Shown here: positions 38,792-54,444 of the stretch, one piece after another
Numbering within the stretch: the stretch's first letter is position 1
Layout of the letters: each line of letters starts with the position of its first letter
DNA from: Octopus sinensis
Taxonomy: Eukaryota
Reading direction: 5' to 3'
NCBI RefSeq assembly: GCF_006345805.1
Contig: NC_043018.1
Span: 4,960,001 to 5,024,000, forward strand
Length of the DNA stretch: 64,000 nt
Position numbers and translations under genes: made by a program
The notes under the pieces: model-generated
Told to the model about the DNA's origin: nothing
Database searches by the model: none
The model's input: the letters and a program-made list of their open reading frames with translations, nothing else

Positions 38792-40548
38792 CAATTTCAA
38801 TTATATAAGGCAGAGACTGCAACAAGTTCTCTAAACCAAGACACACATATGCAGTTGATCTTATTATATATTTAATATTGGCGGTGGGGAGTTATAAGGA
38901 AAATAAATGTTCGGAAATGGAAGTCAGCACGTTTCATTGTTTCAGCTACAGCATCGATAGCTAGCTTAATAATTGTTGTTGTTGTTGTTGTTATTGTGTT
39001 TTTCTTTCAAAAATATTTTGCCAAAAGAGCAAATGGAAAATTTTTTTCTATTTAAAATGGCGGTTGTTGCGTTGTCTCTTAAGCAGCTGACCTATGACCT
39101 AAGGCGCTTCAGACGTGATAGTGTCATTCATTTTGGCTTCAGTTATAGAATATCTGTGACTACATTATATAATATGTCCATCGAAAAGACCGTCAACCAA
39201 AGACGTGTTCCATCCATGACTGCTCGTTTTTATTTTCTCCGGGATCACATTACGAGTTGTGTCCTTCAGTGAGATCTGAAAGAGACTTGGCTGCTATTTT
39301 TGAATGTGAAGCGATTTCTTAGATGTTCTGTTGTAGCCTTTTGATATTTGCTTAAGCTTGTTCAGTAGAACTTAAATTCTATTGGGAGTAGGGCCTAGTC
39401 GGAGTGGATATGGCTGGAGCGAGATATCTTTAAACAATTCGATGTTGCCAACAAAACACCAAAATAGATATTGGATTTGATTAGTTTTAGAGTTTTAGGA
39501 TTCCTCCTCTAATAAAATTGTTTAGTTTGACAGCGCATCCATAATTTGATGTCGAAGTCTTAGCTGATACTCTGTTAAATTATTGAACCACTTCGGTAAG
39601 AGAAAGTCGAAAATGTTAAAAGTGATATTTTAAAGAAAGAAAAGGAACGAGGGAGAGAGAGGGGGAGAGAGAAAGGAGTAGAGGACAAGGAAAGGTATGG
39701 AGATACTTTGATAAAAAGAATATAAAAAAGGGAGGAAATGAGGTGAGCAGACAGGTGGAGAGAAAGTGAAACACACACACACACACACATATATATTGAT
39801 ACAGTCACAGACACGTAAAGATACACATACGGGAAGAAAATTTATACAGGTACGCAAATACATACACACAGAACAATCAAGGGAGCCACTACACAATTGA
39901 CCTGCTAGAAATAACAGTTAATTCTCCATTTAGTCATATGTCTTAAAAACGAACGAAAACACATTGGATAATGAGGTCATCCGGAGGAAGAAAAGGTGGG
40001 ATAATCATGTTTGGAATAACTTTGATTAAAGGATTTATTTCGGGGTTCGTTAACCTGCGGCTATACAACAACAGCAATAGCATCAACAAAATGCACACAA
40101 ATACTAAATGTCTGAAAACATGTCAATAATGAATGAAATGAGTTTGTTTCGATGTTAACAACAAGCAAGATAAGAACTAAATGATTTCCAGAAGAGAGAC
40201 CAGACATCGTGATCGGAGATTTGAATGATAAATAAGGGCAAACACTGCCATTCTTAGGGGATTTTAAACTCCCCACAGAAATCTGAGTAGAGAAGTTATA
40301 AGCTATAAAACACGCGCCCCCTAATCCGAATCTTATAGTTTCAAACCATAACAAAGGAAGGACGTTTCTTCTGTCTTTTTCTGTTGCCTTTTTATTCCAA
40401 AGTCACTTGTAAGGAAGTCGAAATGAAGAAACAAAAAAAAAAACTTAAATGGCACTGCAAAAATAAATAATAATAGGGTATTTGAATAGGGTGGGGTCCT
40501 GAGAAATGAGGGTGAGATGAGAATATTATTTTATTCCCACATATTTAA

Positions 40549-40589
<41 letters not shown>

Positions 40590-40787
40590 TATACACGTAT
40601 ATATGTATATATAATATATCTCTCTCTATATATATGTATATATATATATATCTATATATATATATATAACGTATGTATAATGTGTGTGTGTATGTGTGTA
40701 TATATGTGTGTGCGTGTACATGTGTGTGTATATATATGTGGTGTGTGTATACATAGATATGTATATATATATATACATATAGATATG

Positions 40788-40818
<31 letters not shown>

Positions 40819-40924
40819 TATATATATATAGATATATATAGATATATATATAGTATAATATAACGCATATAATTCAAATGTGTATATACATATGTATGCA
40901 TACAATCATTTCCACTATAGACAC

Positions 40925-41120
40925 AATGGCTGGATTTTGTGGGGATGGGGACAGTCGATCGCATCGACCTCAATACTCAACTGGTACTTAATGTATCAAC
41001 CCCGAAAGGATGAAAGTCAAGGCCGTCCTCGGCGGAATTTGAACTCAGAACGTAGCGATGGGTGAAATACCGCTAAGCATTTCGCCCGGCGCTCTAACCA
41101 TTCTGCTAGCTCGCCGCCTT
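40925..41120 (-). mobile_element. tRNA-derived SINE, family A
   Basis: gaaaggatgaaag...ggcggaatttgaactcagaacg...ctagctcgccgcc. Confidence 0.85.
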
Positions 41121-41127
41121 TATGTAT

Positions 41128-41515
41128 TCTTTTATTTGTTTCTGTCATTGGACTATGGCTATGCTGGAGCACAGCTTTTAGTCGAACAAATCGACCCCAG
41201 AACTTATTCTTTGTAAGCTTAGTACTTATTCTATCGGTCTCTTTTAACGAACCGCTAAGCTACGGGGACGTAAACACACCACCATCGGTTGTCAAGCGAT
41301 GGTGGTGGTGGGGGACTTACAAACAAACATACAAACAAACACACACACACACATACACATATATACGATGAGCTTCTTTCAGTTTCCATCTACCAAATTC
41401 GCTCACAAGGCTTTGGTCGGCCCGAGGATACAGCAGAAGACAGTTGCCCAAGGTGCAACGCAGCGGGACTGAACCTGGAACCATGTGGTTGGGAAGCAAG
41501 CTTCTTACCATACTG
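41128..41515 (-). mobile_element. Family B SINE, full length
   Basis: Tail at 41128-41180, internal (CA)n, and head ending ...ccatgtggttgggaagcaagcttcttacca. Confidence 0.85.
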
Positions 41516-41746
41516 CTACTACTGAACCTATATATAATTTGCATAATATATAATTATGTGTAATATACATATATAATTATATGTATATATAACAATAAAT
41601 ACATTCATATATACATATGCATACATGCATATATATATATTACATATATAAATATACATACATGTATATATGGATGTGTATATATATATACATATGTGTG
41701 TGTGTATACATTATATTATATACATACAGACATGCATACAATATAT

Positions 41747-41783
<37 letters not shown>

Positions 41784-41833
41784 TATGTATGCTGTCTGTA
41801 TGTATATAATATATAGTATACAGACATGCATAC

Positions 41834-41877
<44 letters not shown>

Positions 41878-41970
41878 ATATGTTGCATGATTATATGTAT
41901 GCATGTGGTATGTATATAATATATATGTATACAGACATGATGCATACATACATACATACATACATATATA

Positions 41971-42002
<32 letters not shown>

Positions 42003-42009
42003 TATTATA

Positions 42010-42040
<31 letters not shown>

Positions 42041-42616
42041 CATACATACATGTATGCATGTATATATGTATGCATGTCTGTATGTTATAATATATATGTA
42101 TATATATACGCACACACACACTAAGTAACCTGTCGATACAAATCGATGTACCAAAGTATCCCGCTGATAATATCGGGCACCTACAGTACCCCCTTAACAG
42201 ACTAACAACTATAAAATAAACAACATATCACATGACTAGTAACCCAATTATCACATGCTAACATAACCAATTTATCACATAGCTTAATATCTCAAAGGAA
42301 TGTTTAAAATATGGGATAGACATGGCGTACGACATTCACAAAACAGGTTATCATAATGCAATCGTAAATAAAACATTTGAATCGATTTTTAGCCGCCGCC
42401 ATATTGATTCGGGATAATATAACAACATAACAGCATAAGAATATAGAGAGGGGGAGAGAGGGGGAGCTGGGAGGGCGAAGGAGAAACAAAGAAGGAAGGA
42501 GAGAGGGAGAATGAATTTGAGAGAGAGAGAAATCCTGCTTCGGTCATGTATTCTTCGCTCTTTTTCTCTCGATGTATATACATATACATACATATGCGCA
42601 CACATACACATTCTTC

Positions 42617-42651
<35 letters not shown>

Positions 42652-42842
42652 CACCGGAGTAAGCACATAAATGTGAAACAAGGTGGAAAAAAGAGTACTC
42701 AAATACCAGGGGTAGAGTAGTATGCTTTATTTCTTGATAGAATTGGCATATCGGTTCTATTTTAACAAAAACTGTCCGACGAACGGGAACGTGAAACTCC
42801 GAGCAACAGGTTTTGTTAAATTTCTGCTGCTTTTGAATAAAG

Positions 42843-42890
<48 letters not shown>

Positions 42891-44989
42891 CACACATATT
42901 GAGAGAGAAAGGGAGAAAAGGAAAAGAATAGGGTGACACCTGGATATTTCCTGTTCCTGTTTTAATGGAAATATTCCGAAACAATTGAAACAAACGGTTA
43001 AACGGAATCAAGGAATACTGTGTGGAAATACGTAGTGTGGTAGAAAATAATGCAAAAAATAATAGTCAATTCTCCTTCAAAAGCAACCCTACTATCTCGA
43101 AAACACAGTAAGTTTGAATGAAAGACACCCCCACCCCGAAATAAAGCAAAACATCGCATTATATATAATATAATTCTAGCTGCACTCTTCTTATAAACTC
43201 GAAGGTAGGGTGGTCACATCTGGAGAGTCTTCACAGATCTAATCAGTGAGATATAGGAGACTAAACAACAACAAAGGCCCTTTTTTATATGACCTTTGGC
43301 ATCCTCCTTACTTTCTGGGGCAAACAGGATCACCTAACGCGTGAGGAAGCAGTTTTGTGGTCATTCTGATTGCGAGAAATAGCAACCACATATCTCTTTA
43401 AAAAGAGGACACGTTGAATATTGTGGTCCTGGATTGCAAGTATATGAGAAAAAGAGGGGATAGGCACGGCTGGATTACTTTTCTCAAACGACTGTTTGGT
43501 TGGAATTGACATGCAGTTAACTAAACAACAATAAGCAACGACAGTAACAATAACAAGAACAACCATCTCCAGAAAGAGGAACATCTGCAAACCACCACCA
43601 CCACCACCACCACCACCCACAGTCAAGAGCACAGCAGAAACGAGAGGATGGCGACGACGGCGATGAGGACGATGTTGATCGTGGTGATTATGCTGATGTT
43701 AGTAGAGACAATGACTTCGACGTTTACAACGATGCTGACGCTGCTGTTGATGCTGATGATGATGTCGATGATGATGATGACGATGATGATGGGGATGATG
43801 ATGACGGTGAACGTACGTACGCCGGGCGAGGTGCTATTTTCGTTGCGTCAGTCAAACAACACCAAAATGGTGGTCACAGATTTCTGAGTGTTTTTACATT
43901 AGACGCTCGGCTGTGTCGTTCACACATCAGATCGCTTCTGATTGGACATCAAGTCAACCTTATAAGTTATTCACAAACCTATTGCTGCTGCTGCTACCGC
44001 TACTGCTGCTACTGTTAATGATGCTGTTGTTGTTGTTGCTGCTGCTGCTGTTGCTGGTGGTGCTAGTGTTCTCGCTCTCCCTACCGTAGCACCCCCACTG
44101 AGCCCGGCCTCACCCTACCCCAATCCTCACCTCACCGCACAAGCCCGTTGCTACCCCCCCCACACCACCACTGCTTTCACATCACGGTTTGCCTTGTAAT
44201 ATCATCATCACCAGCATCATCACCAGCATCAGTAGCAGCGCCATCATGACCACCACCACCACCACCACCACCACCACCACCAGTTGCAGCACCACTGCCG
44301 ACACTATCACCAACACTGCCGCCGCACACACTATCAGCATCGCCATAATCACGAACACAAACAGCTCCACAAACACTATCACCATCACCACCACCACCAC
44401 CACCGCTACCACCACCACCACCACCACCACCACCACCACCACCAACCACCCCACCATCACCACCACCCCACCACCACCACCACCACCACCACCACCACCG
44501 CTACCACTACCGTGCCCCAACAACAACACCGAATTCTCCAGGTCGTACGATGCGCTAAAAATAACAGCGAAATGTTTCTCAAATCGCTTCTCATTCTCTA
44601 AAAAAAAAAATTTTTATAAAAGAGAAGAACATTTTGGATAAGGTAGGCCCTAATATACAAACCGTCGGAATAATCGAGGCTTTTGATCAGAGGGACGCGC
44701 CAGCAGGACTGACCTGGGGTTACAGGATATAACTTCACTAAACAAACTACCACCAACACTACTATCATCATCATCAGCAGCAGCAGCAGCAAAACAAGTC
44801 GCACCACCACCACCACCACCACCACCACCACACCGCCACCACCACCACCGCCACCGTACGAAACTGCTTATGTTGCTGTTCGAGCAAAAGAGTCGAGAGG
44901 CAATGAGATGCATGTCACTGTTGTTGCTGTTGCTTCCTCTCGGTTTATTACTAATACATGATCGATGCCGATTTCTGAATATAAAACTG

Positions 44990-45025
<36 letters not shown>

Positions 45026-45124
45026 TGTGTGTTTGTGTGTAATGTATATACGTGTGCGTGCGCGCACGCATGTGATTGCTTGATTTATGTGTGCAAACAT
45101 GACAGCATACTGATGTATGTATAT

Positions 45125-45172
<48 letters not shown>

Positions 45173-45418
45173 CACATATATATGTATACACACATAAATA
45201 TATAAACATACACTCTCACAACACGTACACAGACACATATATATGATATGCGTTTGTTATATAAACACAATACACATTTCTAGGCTAACGATAAAATGCA
45301 CACATGCAAGCATAAATATACACATATATACATACATGCATATATATATTACTGACAAATTCAAGCCTATATATATATATGTGTGTGTGTGTGTGTTCGT
45401 ATATATGTATTTATAAAC

Positions 45419-45455
<37 letters not shown>

Positions 45456-46654
45456 ATAATCTCTTACATATGTATATGTATATATATATATTTATATCTA
45501 TATATATACACACACATGAAATTAATCAAGCGTATATACAATAACACTGCCGCTCATCACATTATATATGCATGTGTGTATGCGTTTGTGTACGTGAGTG
45601 TGTTATATGTCCTCACTTATACACACTCACTCACGCATACACATGCGTGTATATATAATTGCAACACAACGGAAGAAGAGATGAAAGATTGAAAAGAACA
45701 ATAGAGAAGACCAAATGAGAATCTAATTGTCGATAGCTCGGCTGGTTGGTCATTTGGAAATTAATTGATTGGTTAGCTGAATGGTGTGGTTGGTCGGTCG
45801 GTCGGTCGTGTTGGCATATTAGTAGTTATTCCATGACCTTCGTAGTAAACTGGCCGGCTTTACTAGCAGGCTAGTTATCAAAGTGTTTGAGTAGTTGGTC
45901 AGCTGGTTGATTGTGTTGGTGGCCTGTTAACTAGGTAACTGAATAGCTGACTAACCATCTGGGTAACTAAAAAACTGGGAAGCTATCTAGGTTATTGACT
46001 AACTGGCTAGTTATCTGGGTGAGTGAAAAACTGACTAGCCATGGAGGAGACTGACTAGCCATAAGGGACTAGCTCTCTGAATAGCTGACTAGCTCCCTGG
46101 CTAGCTATTGGGGAGTCTGAGTGACTGGCGAGCTCTTCTGGGTGAATAGATGGTTTTCTGTCTCGGTAAGTGTTTGGTCAACTATATGTGTGGCTGAATG
46201 GTTCACTAGCTGGTTGACTGACGAAATAAGTCCGTTTCTCTTATCACCATTTAGTTTCGAAGTAAAAATTCATTAAAATTTACAAATGTTTTTTGTTGTA
46301 CAAAACCTATTTCAATCAGTTGATCTTGCTGGAATTATCTCCCTTCATTGTTGGTTTTCTTTTTTGATTGTAAGTTCCTAGTTGTCTTCATAATTCTTAT
46401 TAATTACAGGTTTCTGTAACATTACATGAGGTCATATATTGCTTCGTCCCCTTTTAGTCAGAGGAAGACCAGTGACCATGGTCAGCCTTTTAGGTCTCCG
46501 AGATTAGTGGGTGGATGAATGGAGGAAAATATCACCTAACTAGAATCCAATCCCGAATGCTTACAACACAAGTGATTCCGTTAAAGGCTTCCAAGGGGCC
46601 AGTTGTTGGTGTTAAACCGGGTGACAGATTAAATCTACTACATAAATAGTCCAC

Positions 46655-47000
46655 AGCAGGATTTGAACTCAGAACGCAAAGAACCACAGGCCTCTGGTGT
46701 CACAATATTACAGCGTTGCCAGTCCACCACTTTCAACAGGTACATTTTTTTGCCATTAACTCCGAAAGGCTGACGGAGTAGGTCACGGTGGGATTTGAAC
46801 TCAGAATTGGAAGCAAAGTGCCACAAGGCATCCGGTTTGACATTCTCATGGCTCAAACAATTCACCGCCTTAAGCTGATATTTTTCCATCGACTATGAAA
46901 AGACGAAAGGCAAACTTCATTTGGATAGGATTTGAACTTAGAGAATCGCCACAAATAGCATGAGACGCTATAACTATTCTGCCAAACCGGCGCTGAAGTA
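46655..47000 (-). mobile_element. Three stacked degenerate family A SINE pieces
   Basis: ggatttgaact(c/t)aga recurs at about 46660, 46792 and 46930 with flanking SINE-like sequence. Confidence 0.6.
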
Positions 47001-47232
47001 GGCATAACATTTTCCCTGAGGCACTTTACGCGGCCATATTGTTGAATTATCCTTATTTTTATTTTTTAATTTGTAAGGGACACTTGTATGTTTGTATGTA
47101 TGTATGTAGAATGAGGGCAGTGCCTGAAGATTGTGCTAGAACACCAGACATCTTAAAAAATACAGTCTGGGATGCTCTATTCAAATGAAAATAATAGTAG
47201 CACATAAAAACATATAGTGTGTTTATTAAATA

Positions 47233-47278
<46 letters not shown>

Positions 47279-48459
47279 ATGGTTGCCTGCATCACAAGCA
47301 TTACTTGGTTTTAGGTTCGATTCGACTGAGCGATATTTTGAGCAGTATATTCCCCATGGTTTCAGGTTGGCAAATGATTTGTCAATGAAATTTGGTTGTC
47401 GATGACATACATACATACATACATGCATGCATGCATACATACATACATACATACATACATACATACATGCATACATACATGCATGCATGCATGCATACAT
47501 ACATACATACATACATACATTGTGAGTGTGTATATGTATGCATGTATGTATAGATATTTGTATAGGTGTTTGTGTGTGTGTGTGTGTATGTGCGTGTTTC
47601 ATATGAATATAGATTTCGACTTTGTATTTCGACAATAGACGTAAATGTAAAAGAGAAAAAAAGGAAGCAATTAAATTAAAAAAAAACAGTAAACCGGTGC
47701 TTAAGAACAAAAGTCCCTAGTGGTATCTCTTCCGCACGAGTTGCACGAGACGGTTCTATTGTTATCCTCACCATCGTAAATACACTAAACCAATGATAAG
47801 CCTCTTTATAAACATCTTATTAACGACGCTATTCTTCACAAAACGCCATATAAAATTTAATATATAAATGATAATAATAATAATAATAATAATATATCAT
47901 ATGTTCACGTATTTATATATATGTATGTATACATACATGTACCTATGTGTATGTGTGTGTTTGTGTATAAAATGTTATCAATAAATATTTGATGGAAATA
48001 TCATTAGATACGATATACCTCTTAAAAATCCATTTAACAACTAAAACATATTAATGACAATAATTCTGTAAAAATTTAAAATAAATAAATCAAAAAGTAG
48101 CAGCAATGGCAGAATTTGTTTTTTGGCTTTTGTTTATTTCCTTCCGATATTTTTCTATTTCTTTCCTTTTAAATTCAAAAAGTTGTACTCACGCACATTT
48201 AAAGCAACATATATTTACACTGACATACTTTCACATACACTCACTCACATAGACTAAAAAATAATACAATGCATGAAACGCAACAGAGGTTATAATGTTA
48301 AAATTATGTTTTACGTTCAATAAAATCAGTATAGAATCGGAAATCCATTTCCAAAGTACCATATATGCGTAGAGTGATACGGAAAGAGGAAATAATGAAA
48401 GGAGAGAAAGACAAAAGAAAAAAGATCAAAATAAGTAAATAAATTAAACGATGAAGAAC

Positions 48460-48511
<52 letters not shown>

Positions 48512-48768
48512 TAATAATAATAATAATAATGATGATGATGATGATAATAATAATAATAAAAGTGATAAAACATTTTAAGGCTTCTTTAAACGAATTACTC
48601 TTCCTCCTTTCACCCACTCAATGCAATTAGTTCATTTGTGCGTATGACTGTTTCAAATATCAAGATATAATTTTTTTTAATCGAACAGTATGTATATAGA
48701 TATAATATAATATATATATTATATATATATATATATATCTATATATATATAGATATATATATATATAT

Positions 48769-48835
<67 letters not shown>

Positions 48836-49434
48836 CATAACATATATCTATATATATATATATATATATGCATATAGCCTACATATATCTATACTATATA
48901 TATATATATATACAAACCCACACACACGTATATATATATATACGTACATATATTATATATATATATATATATACCAACACACACATCACGTATATATATA
49001 CATACGTACATATATATATATATATATATATCATATATATATATATATATATTATATATAATATATGGGCATATTGCATGATTTGTATATATAATATATA
49101 TATATATGTATTCCACACGCACATAGACACACACAAGCGCGTGCAGAGTTTGTATCGAAAAGTCACGTGACCGGTGACCTTTGTTGACGGGTATCTTTGG
49201 CAATATTTCTTTTAATCGTAAATCTACAAAAAAGGATTGACGTTTGGTTACGGGGTAGATAAGGGGTCGGGGGGCAGGGGGAGGAATGTTACAAAAAACA
49301 CAAAACGAAAAATAACCTGAAAAAATCTACAAAACAAATTTACAATACTTCTGTACATGATATATAAAACAATAAGAATCACCGTGGTATTACATTACTA
49401 GCAATATACATACATGTGTATATATATATAAGAT

Positions 49435-49467
<33 letters not shown>

Positions 49468-49475
49468 CACATCAA

Positions 49476-49517
<42 letters not shown>

Positions 49518-50071
49518 TATATATATATATATAAAATATATATATATATATACATACATGCATATATTTGTAATATATATAATTATATGTATGTATATAT
49601 ATGTATATAAATTTATGTGTGTATATATGTATGTATACACACACATAAAATATATATACACATATATATATATACTGTATATATATATACACATACATGC
49701 ATATATTTGTATATATAATTATATGTATGTATATATATGTATATAAATTTATGTTGTATATATGTATGTATACACACACATATAAATATATATACACACA
49801 TATATATATATACTGTATATTATTATATTATATATATAATAATATATATAAATAATATATATACATATATGCATATATACATACTTACATCTCTATGCGT
49901 GTATATATATATATATTATATATATATATATATATATGCATATGTGGGCACAGGACATCATGAAACGTGTACTTACATATACGTATGTATATATATGCAC
50001 ATATATATTACCTATATTATTATATGATTGAACGCCACGCATCCTCTTCCACGTAAGTTTTCTCTCCTCTC

Positions 50072-50105
<34 letters not shown>

Positions 50106-50254
50106 GAAATAAATAAAAAAATAAACAAACAAACAAAAAACAAAAATAAATGCGGGATCTGTAGATTGGCAAAATTTACTTATAGACAAAGTAATACTTT
50201 ATGGGATTTACGCTACGAGTTCAACTCCCACAGAATCCGATTTTGATTTTTTTT

Positions 50255-50520
50255 TTTATCATTCCGAGGTTAAAACAACCTTGGAACGAACAAAATGGAG
50301 AACATCGTGTAAAAATGGCATCAGAGACTTTGTTTCAACCAGCATTAACAGGCCAAAGCGAAAAGCGGCTGCAAATACGCTTCCTGCACTGACCCATAAT
50401 CCTCATACTTGCAACATCTGTGGGCCTCTTTGCAAAACGTTGGCGGGACTTAAATGTCATATTTGACATAAGCATTATGATTGACAAAGAAAGTGTCGAT
50501 CCGTTTATAAGAAATACTGA
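50255..50520 (+). mobile_element. RTE-clade LINE 3' fragment
   Basis: Translates ERTKWRTSCKNGI...HTCNICGPLCKTLAGLKCHI, the typical RTE/BovB C-terminal C2H2-like end. Confidence 0.7.
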
Positions 50521-51505
50521 GTAAGTCCTGAGGCTGTTGTAATTAACTGTTTCTTCTGTCTCCTATATGTAATTAAGGTCTGGGGCTTATGTTAAAAAGC
50601 AATTTATTTTCACTGAAAAAAGAGACAGTGTCTATTCCTAAACTTGAAATTTAATCGATGATGCAGCCTATGATCAATGAAATCGATAGCAGTATCAAGG
50701 CTTCAATGTTTGCCATGCATCTGCATAGGGACTTGTTGGCTGCAAGTTTGGGTGAGATGTCTTTGAGAAAGTCCGGCAACTGTCGATGCCATGCAAACCA
50801 TTTCTGTCAACCTCATTGATATTCATCCAAAGGTCATCGATCGTGGGCCGATACATCTATATCAATGGCAGCCAATATGAATGGCTCTAAATGCACGCTC
50901 TACGTCTCACTAGAAATAGCAAACAAATATTTCTCAAAATCACGAAATTTGGATCCATCGAAGGTCTGAGGTATATTATGCCCGTCCAACAAGAAACGCG
51001 ATGGGCAAGCTAGAGTTTGGCTTAAATGACTAAGTCAGCAGCAATGTCTTTGTGGTAAACGTTGCTGACGGAAGGCAAAGTATCAGGACGAATACGACAA
51101 GGTATCTTTCCTGAACCTTTAAATAATTTCGCATTGGTCCATCGCGCTGCAGTGAATACCATCGATTCGGATTGGAGAAAGAGCAAAAAGGACATCAACG
51201 CAACTTGAACAAAGAGGTGGCGCGCAGGAACAAACCCCGCAAAGCATTCAAACCTCCATTCAAACAACGCAGTTAATTTTCTGCGTTCAGAACAAAATGC
51301 ACCAGCATCCAGCTTCTTCCTCTTGATGTAAATGGCTCTGCTTTTTCTTTTTCTTTTTTTCTTTTCACAGTGGATTTCACAGTTGATCGGATTCTAGTGA
51401 GGAGACCAATTCGAAGTCGGAATTTAAAGAAAGGGAACAATCGTTGCACGGAATCTCGCCAGATGCACAGATGCAATTGTGCCAAACTACAGATCTGGGT
51501 TAGTC

Positions 51506-51563
<58 letters not shown>

Positions 51564-51573
51564 TATCTATCTA

Positions 51574-51660
<87 letters not shown>

Positions 51661-52515
51661 GTCTGTCTGTCTATCTATCTATCTGTCTACCTGTCTATCT
51701 GTCTGCATGTCTGTCTGTCTATCTATTTATCTCTGTTTCTTCCCTCCTCCTTTCTGTTGCTCAATATTTAGTTAATGTCAGAAGCTCGACGTAGCCACTG
51801 ACTTGTTAGAAACAGCAGCCAAATCCCCACAATTTACACAAAAAACAAAACAAAAAAACCAACAAAAGACGATATATTAGACTAAGGTCGCTTTTCTACA
51901 AATCCATAAAAAACGATAGGTTGGGATTCTTTTGAACATAAATATGTTCAATGAAACTAGCAGTTGGTGGTGGTGGTGGGGGGGCAACCACTGAAACAAG
52001 ACGGGTACAACGGGTACAACGGGTACAACATGTGCATACAAGGCTTTTACCCGAGTCTCATTTAACCATGTAAATATATATATACACGTTTATATATTCG
52101 TTTTGCAAGATTCTTGATGTGAATTCCTATGTTATATAAAACGAAAGGGTCACCGAATGAATGCCTGGACAACTGGAGATTCTAAAACCCAATTTCTTCA
52201 TAAAAGTACACACACACACACACACACAAAATATACGCCCACACATGACACAAACATAAACGTAGAAAGCGCCACCACTTATCATCACTCAACCACCATT
52301 AATCACCACTCACCACAATCACTGTCATTCACCAGCCACTCTTTGCCGTCCCAACACTACCACCGTCACCCCCAACTTCTCTCTCCCCTCCCCTCCCCCC
52401 ACCCACTCCGGACCAGCTCAAACGATTAAGGAGTGTACAATAAATTAATTATGCATTAATGAACGACACATAACAGAATAACCATTCTCTTATCACCACC
52501 ACCACCACCACCACC

Positions 52516-52566
<51 letters not shown>

Positions 52567-52768
52567 GTCTAGCAAGAAAAACAACATCAAATTGCCAAGT
52601 GGTGGAGAGCTGAAGAGAAAATAGGTGAACAGTGCTTTTATGTCACATGGCGTTGTTTTAGAGAGTTGTTGGTAGGAGTTCAAGCCCAGGTGTTTCTGTC
52701 AGGTGTTATTGTTATACGACGATCACTGCGACATTGTTGTTGTTGTTATTATTATTATTATTATTATT

Positions 52769-53215
52769 GAGCTAGCAGGATCGTTAGCGCGCCGGCCGAA
52801 ATGCTTAGCGGTACTTCACCCATCGCTACGTTCTTAGTTCAAATTTCGCCGAGGTTGACTTTGCCTGTTATCATTTTGAGATCGATAAATTAATTACCCG
52901 TGAAATACTGGGGTCGATGTAATCGACTCATCCCCTCCCCCCCAAATTTCAGGCCTTGTTTCTATAATATAAAGGAATATTATTATTGTTATTATTAATA
53001 TTTTTTCAGGTGGCGAACTGGCAGAATCGTTCGCACGCCGGCCAATTCATGCATTTCATCCTTCTTTAAGTTCTGCATTCAAATTTTGCTGAGGTCGACT
53101 TTGCTTTTCATCCCCTCGAGGTCGATAAAATAAGCACCAGTTGAATACTGGGGTCAATATAATCGACTTACCCACTCCCTTAATAATGCTGGCCTTGTGC
53201 CAAAGTTTGAAGCCA
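52769..53215 (+). mobile_element. Two tandem family A SINEs
   Basis: Copy 1 at about 52769-52975 and copy 2 at about 53009-53215; both carry gaatcgtt/gatcgtt, ttcaaatt and gaggt(t/c)gactttgc. Confidence 0.85.
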
Positions 53216-53380
53216 ATAATTCTTAAGAGAATCAAGTGATGTGATAGAATGTACAAAGTTGTACAAAGATGAATAACCAGAGAGAGAGATAGAGAAATGG
53301 AAAAAACAGGTTAGAGGCAGACGAACAGGTAGAAAGACTGATAAATAGATACAGTGAGAAATAGAGAGGCAGCCATAGAT

Positions 53381-53441
<61 letters not shown>

Positions 53442-54265
53442 GATAGATAGAGAGGGAGGAGAGAGAGAAAGAAAAGAGAGAGAGAAAGAAAAAGAGAAAA
53501 AGAGGTAGTTTGTATGATAGACAAACGGGCAGACAGATAAATAGATAGGTAGATAGATATAGAGAGAGAGGAAGAGAGCTAAAGATAGACATAGACCCCA
53601 GAACCATCACTATTAGAGTGAGAACGGTGAACAAACAGCGACCGCCGCCTCCACTATCATAACTTCTACCGACACCAAGGGAGGAGGCTTCTTTCTATAT
53701 GACCCCACTCCCGCCACTTCTCTTTCAGATCGCTCCCGACCATTTTAAAGAGGGCGCTTTCGATAATATAGAAAGACCAATGTTTTTGTTGATGGAAGTC
53801 CTGCAGTTGCCCTTGAGGTAAGGGCTTTGTGTTTCCACGTCACTGTTATAGGCCAGAGCGATTCCTCGGTGGAGTCAGTGGGAGCGCCTTCAACCACACG
53901 TCAACTCGATCCGGTTTGCAGGATATTCCTATAGAATATATTACAGCCACAAACACCACCGCAGCGCCCTCCTCCTCCTCGTCAAGGTTATAGACTATAG
54001 AAAGTTTCAAAATTGCTCGTTTGCCTTTAGTTATGCTTGAATTTGCGGTTCTTAACACTTGTCCTAGTGTTCAAGATGGGATCTCTATACGTTTAGAATT
54101 GAACAGCAACAATAACAACGTCAACACCATCATTATATTTGTGTAAATATCATCTGCAAGTACGTATTCTATGCATACACCATGATAAACACCATTTTAG
54201 TGAAACACACACACACACACATATATATATGAACATAAGAACTGACACACAGATATTTGTATGTA

Positions 54266-54399
54266 TATGTGCAAGTCACAAGGCTTTGGTCGGCCCTAGG
54301 CTATAGTAGAAGACATTTGCCCAAAGTGCCATACAGTAGCATTGAACTCAGAACCATGTGGGTGGGAAGCAAACTCCTTACCACACAGCCACGCCTGCG

Positions 54400-54401
<2 letters not shown>
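54266..54401 (-). mobile_element. Family B SINE, 5' half
   Basis: cacaaggctttggtcggcc...cttaccacacagccacgcctgcgcc. Further pieces lie at about 47275-47405 (+) and 55505-55560 (-, tail). Confidence 0.8.

Positions 54402-54444
<43 letters not shown>

Noticed and set aside
40190-40295. APE-endonuclease-like words IVIGDLN and LGDFKLP
   Set aside because: Short, interrupted by stops, and no other APE motifs nearby.
53820-53900. HDV-like fold in the antisense island
   Set aside because: P1 and P3 could not be paired in the required order on either strand.
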